The notes beneath the pieces were generated by a model that was given only the letters and a program-made list of their open reading frames with translations, was not told the DNA's origin and did no database searches. Position numbers and translations under genes: made by a program. Positions 63,175 through 64,000 of a stretch of 64,000 bases of DNA are shown in pieces. Origin of the DNA: Camelus ferus (lineage: Eukaryota); the NCBI RefSeq assembly GCF_009834535.1, contig NC_045696.1, positions 9,116,001 through 9,180,000 of the forward strand, in the 5' to 3' direction. Positions within the stretch are counted from its first letter, which is position 1, and every line of letters begins with the position of its first letter.

Positions 63175-63430
63175 GGTAGTGAGATGCAGTGGGGGAAAAT
63201 GGAACAAGAGTAAAATTTGGAGGGAGAGAGACTCAGGTCTAAATCTCAGCTCTGCTTCTTGAGTTAGTAATGATCTATGTGGACTTTGATGGTTGGTTTA
63301 ACCTCTCCAAGGCTTGGTCCCTGCTTCTGCAGAATGGGGAACTCAACTCTCCCCAGTATTAGGGCATTGTGAAACTTTCATGGCACATTCTATCACAGTA
63401 ATATGTAATTGAGTCCTCAATAAATGGTCA
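63175..63430 (+). mobile_element. MIR SINE
   Basis: ggtctaaatctcagctctgcttctt...tttaacctctccaaggcttggtccctgcttctgcagaatgggg...ctcaataaatggtcatt. Confidence 0.7.
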
Positions 63431-64000
63431 TTGTGTTAAATGGGTAAAGACCTCTGGCATGGTTTCCTGAAGGAGCATCTTGGCCCAGCTGTAGGGAAAG
63501 TCATGTGTTGAGGGTAGTTTTTTAGAAGGAGGGACCTACAATCTTTCAATGGTATTGTGGTTAGAGAGTCCTGGGGAACTAATCCGGCCCGGGGACATCT
63601 TTTCCACAGAGGCTCTACCAACACTGAAAACTTAGAATGTCTAAAATAAAAATTGTCCTCTTTTCCTCAAAACTAGCTCCTCCCTGTGACCTTCATTCAC
63701 TTCCTCATTCATTCTGTCACATATATATTATTCATTAAGCATTTTTATGATGTCTGTGGTATACAAGGCATTCTATTTGGGAACAGATAAAAAGAACAAA
63801 ACTCTATAAATCAATCATATGAAAAGGAAATCCCATGGGTATCATTGGCACCTGGGTGGTTCTCATGCTTCTTACATCTGCCCTTTTCTTGTGTCTTTTT
63901 ATTTGGACTCCTCGTCCATTGGTTACCCTGTCCCACTTTGATTCCTCTTACAGATCTGCCAAGTTGGTTTCCTAAAAGCTTAAATCTGATCATATTTCTA

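Noticed and set aside
1..64000. CRISPR array, prokaryotic operon, NUMT, processed pseudogene or endogenous viral coding sequence
   Set aside because: No regularly spaced repeats, no gene-dense segment, and no peptide recognisable as mitochondrial, viral or cellular. A tBLASTx search would be needed to exclude highly decayed copies.

Overview
Mammalian non-coding genomic DNA, probably camelid. The two young SINEs are tRNA-Ala-derived elements of the vic-1 type, and I see no Alu, B1/B2, Bov-tA/BovB, PRE-1 or CanSINE. I recognise no protein-coding gene, RNA gene or CRISPR array. The listed ORFs are short and look like chance ORFs or L1/L2 remnants. The window is a mosaic of interspersed repeats (L1 3' ends, L2, MIR, MaLR MLT1 LTRs, one ERV1/MER41-like solo LTR, MER5/MER20 DNA transposons), microsatellites and unique stretches rich in homeodomain-type motifs that resemble conserved non-coding elements. 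L1 and LTR elements lie almost entirely on the minus strand, which suggests the window sits inside a large intron of a plus-strand gene. Three plus-strand cassette/micro-exon candidates fit that model. Other structural observations are a 137-bp templated duplication inserted into an L2 with an 11-bp target-site duplication, an L1 with a twin-priming 5' inversion, and a MER41-like LTR with a degenerate tandem GAS pair. Repeat family names come from my recollection of consensus sequences, not from a search, and boundaries are approximate unless a TSD is given. I found no convincing novel biological system.
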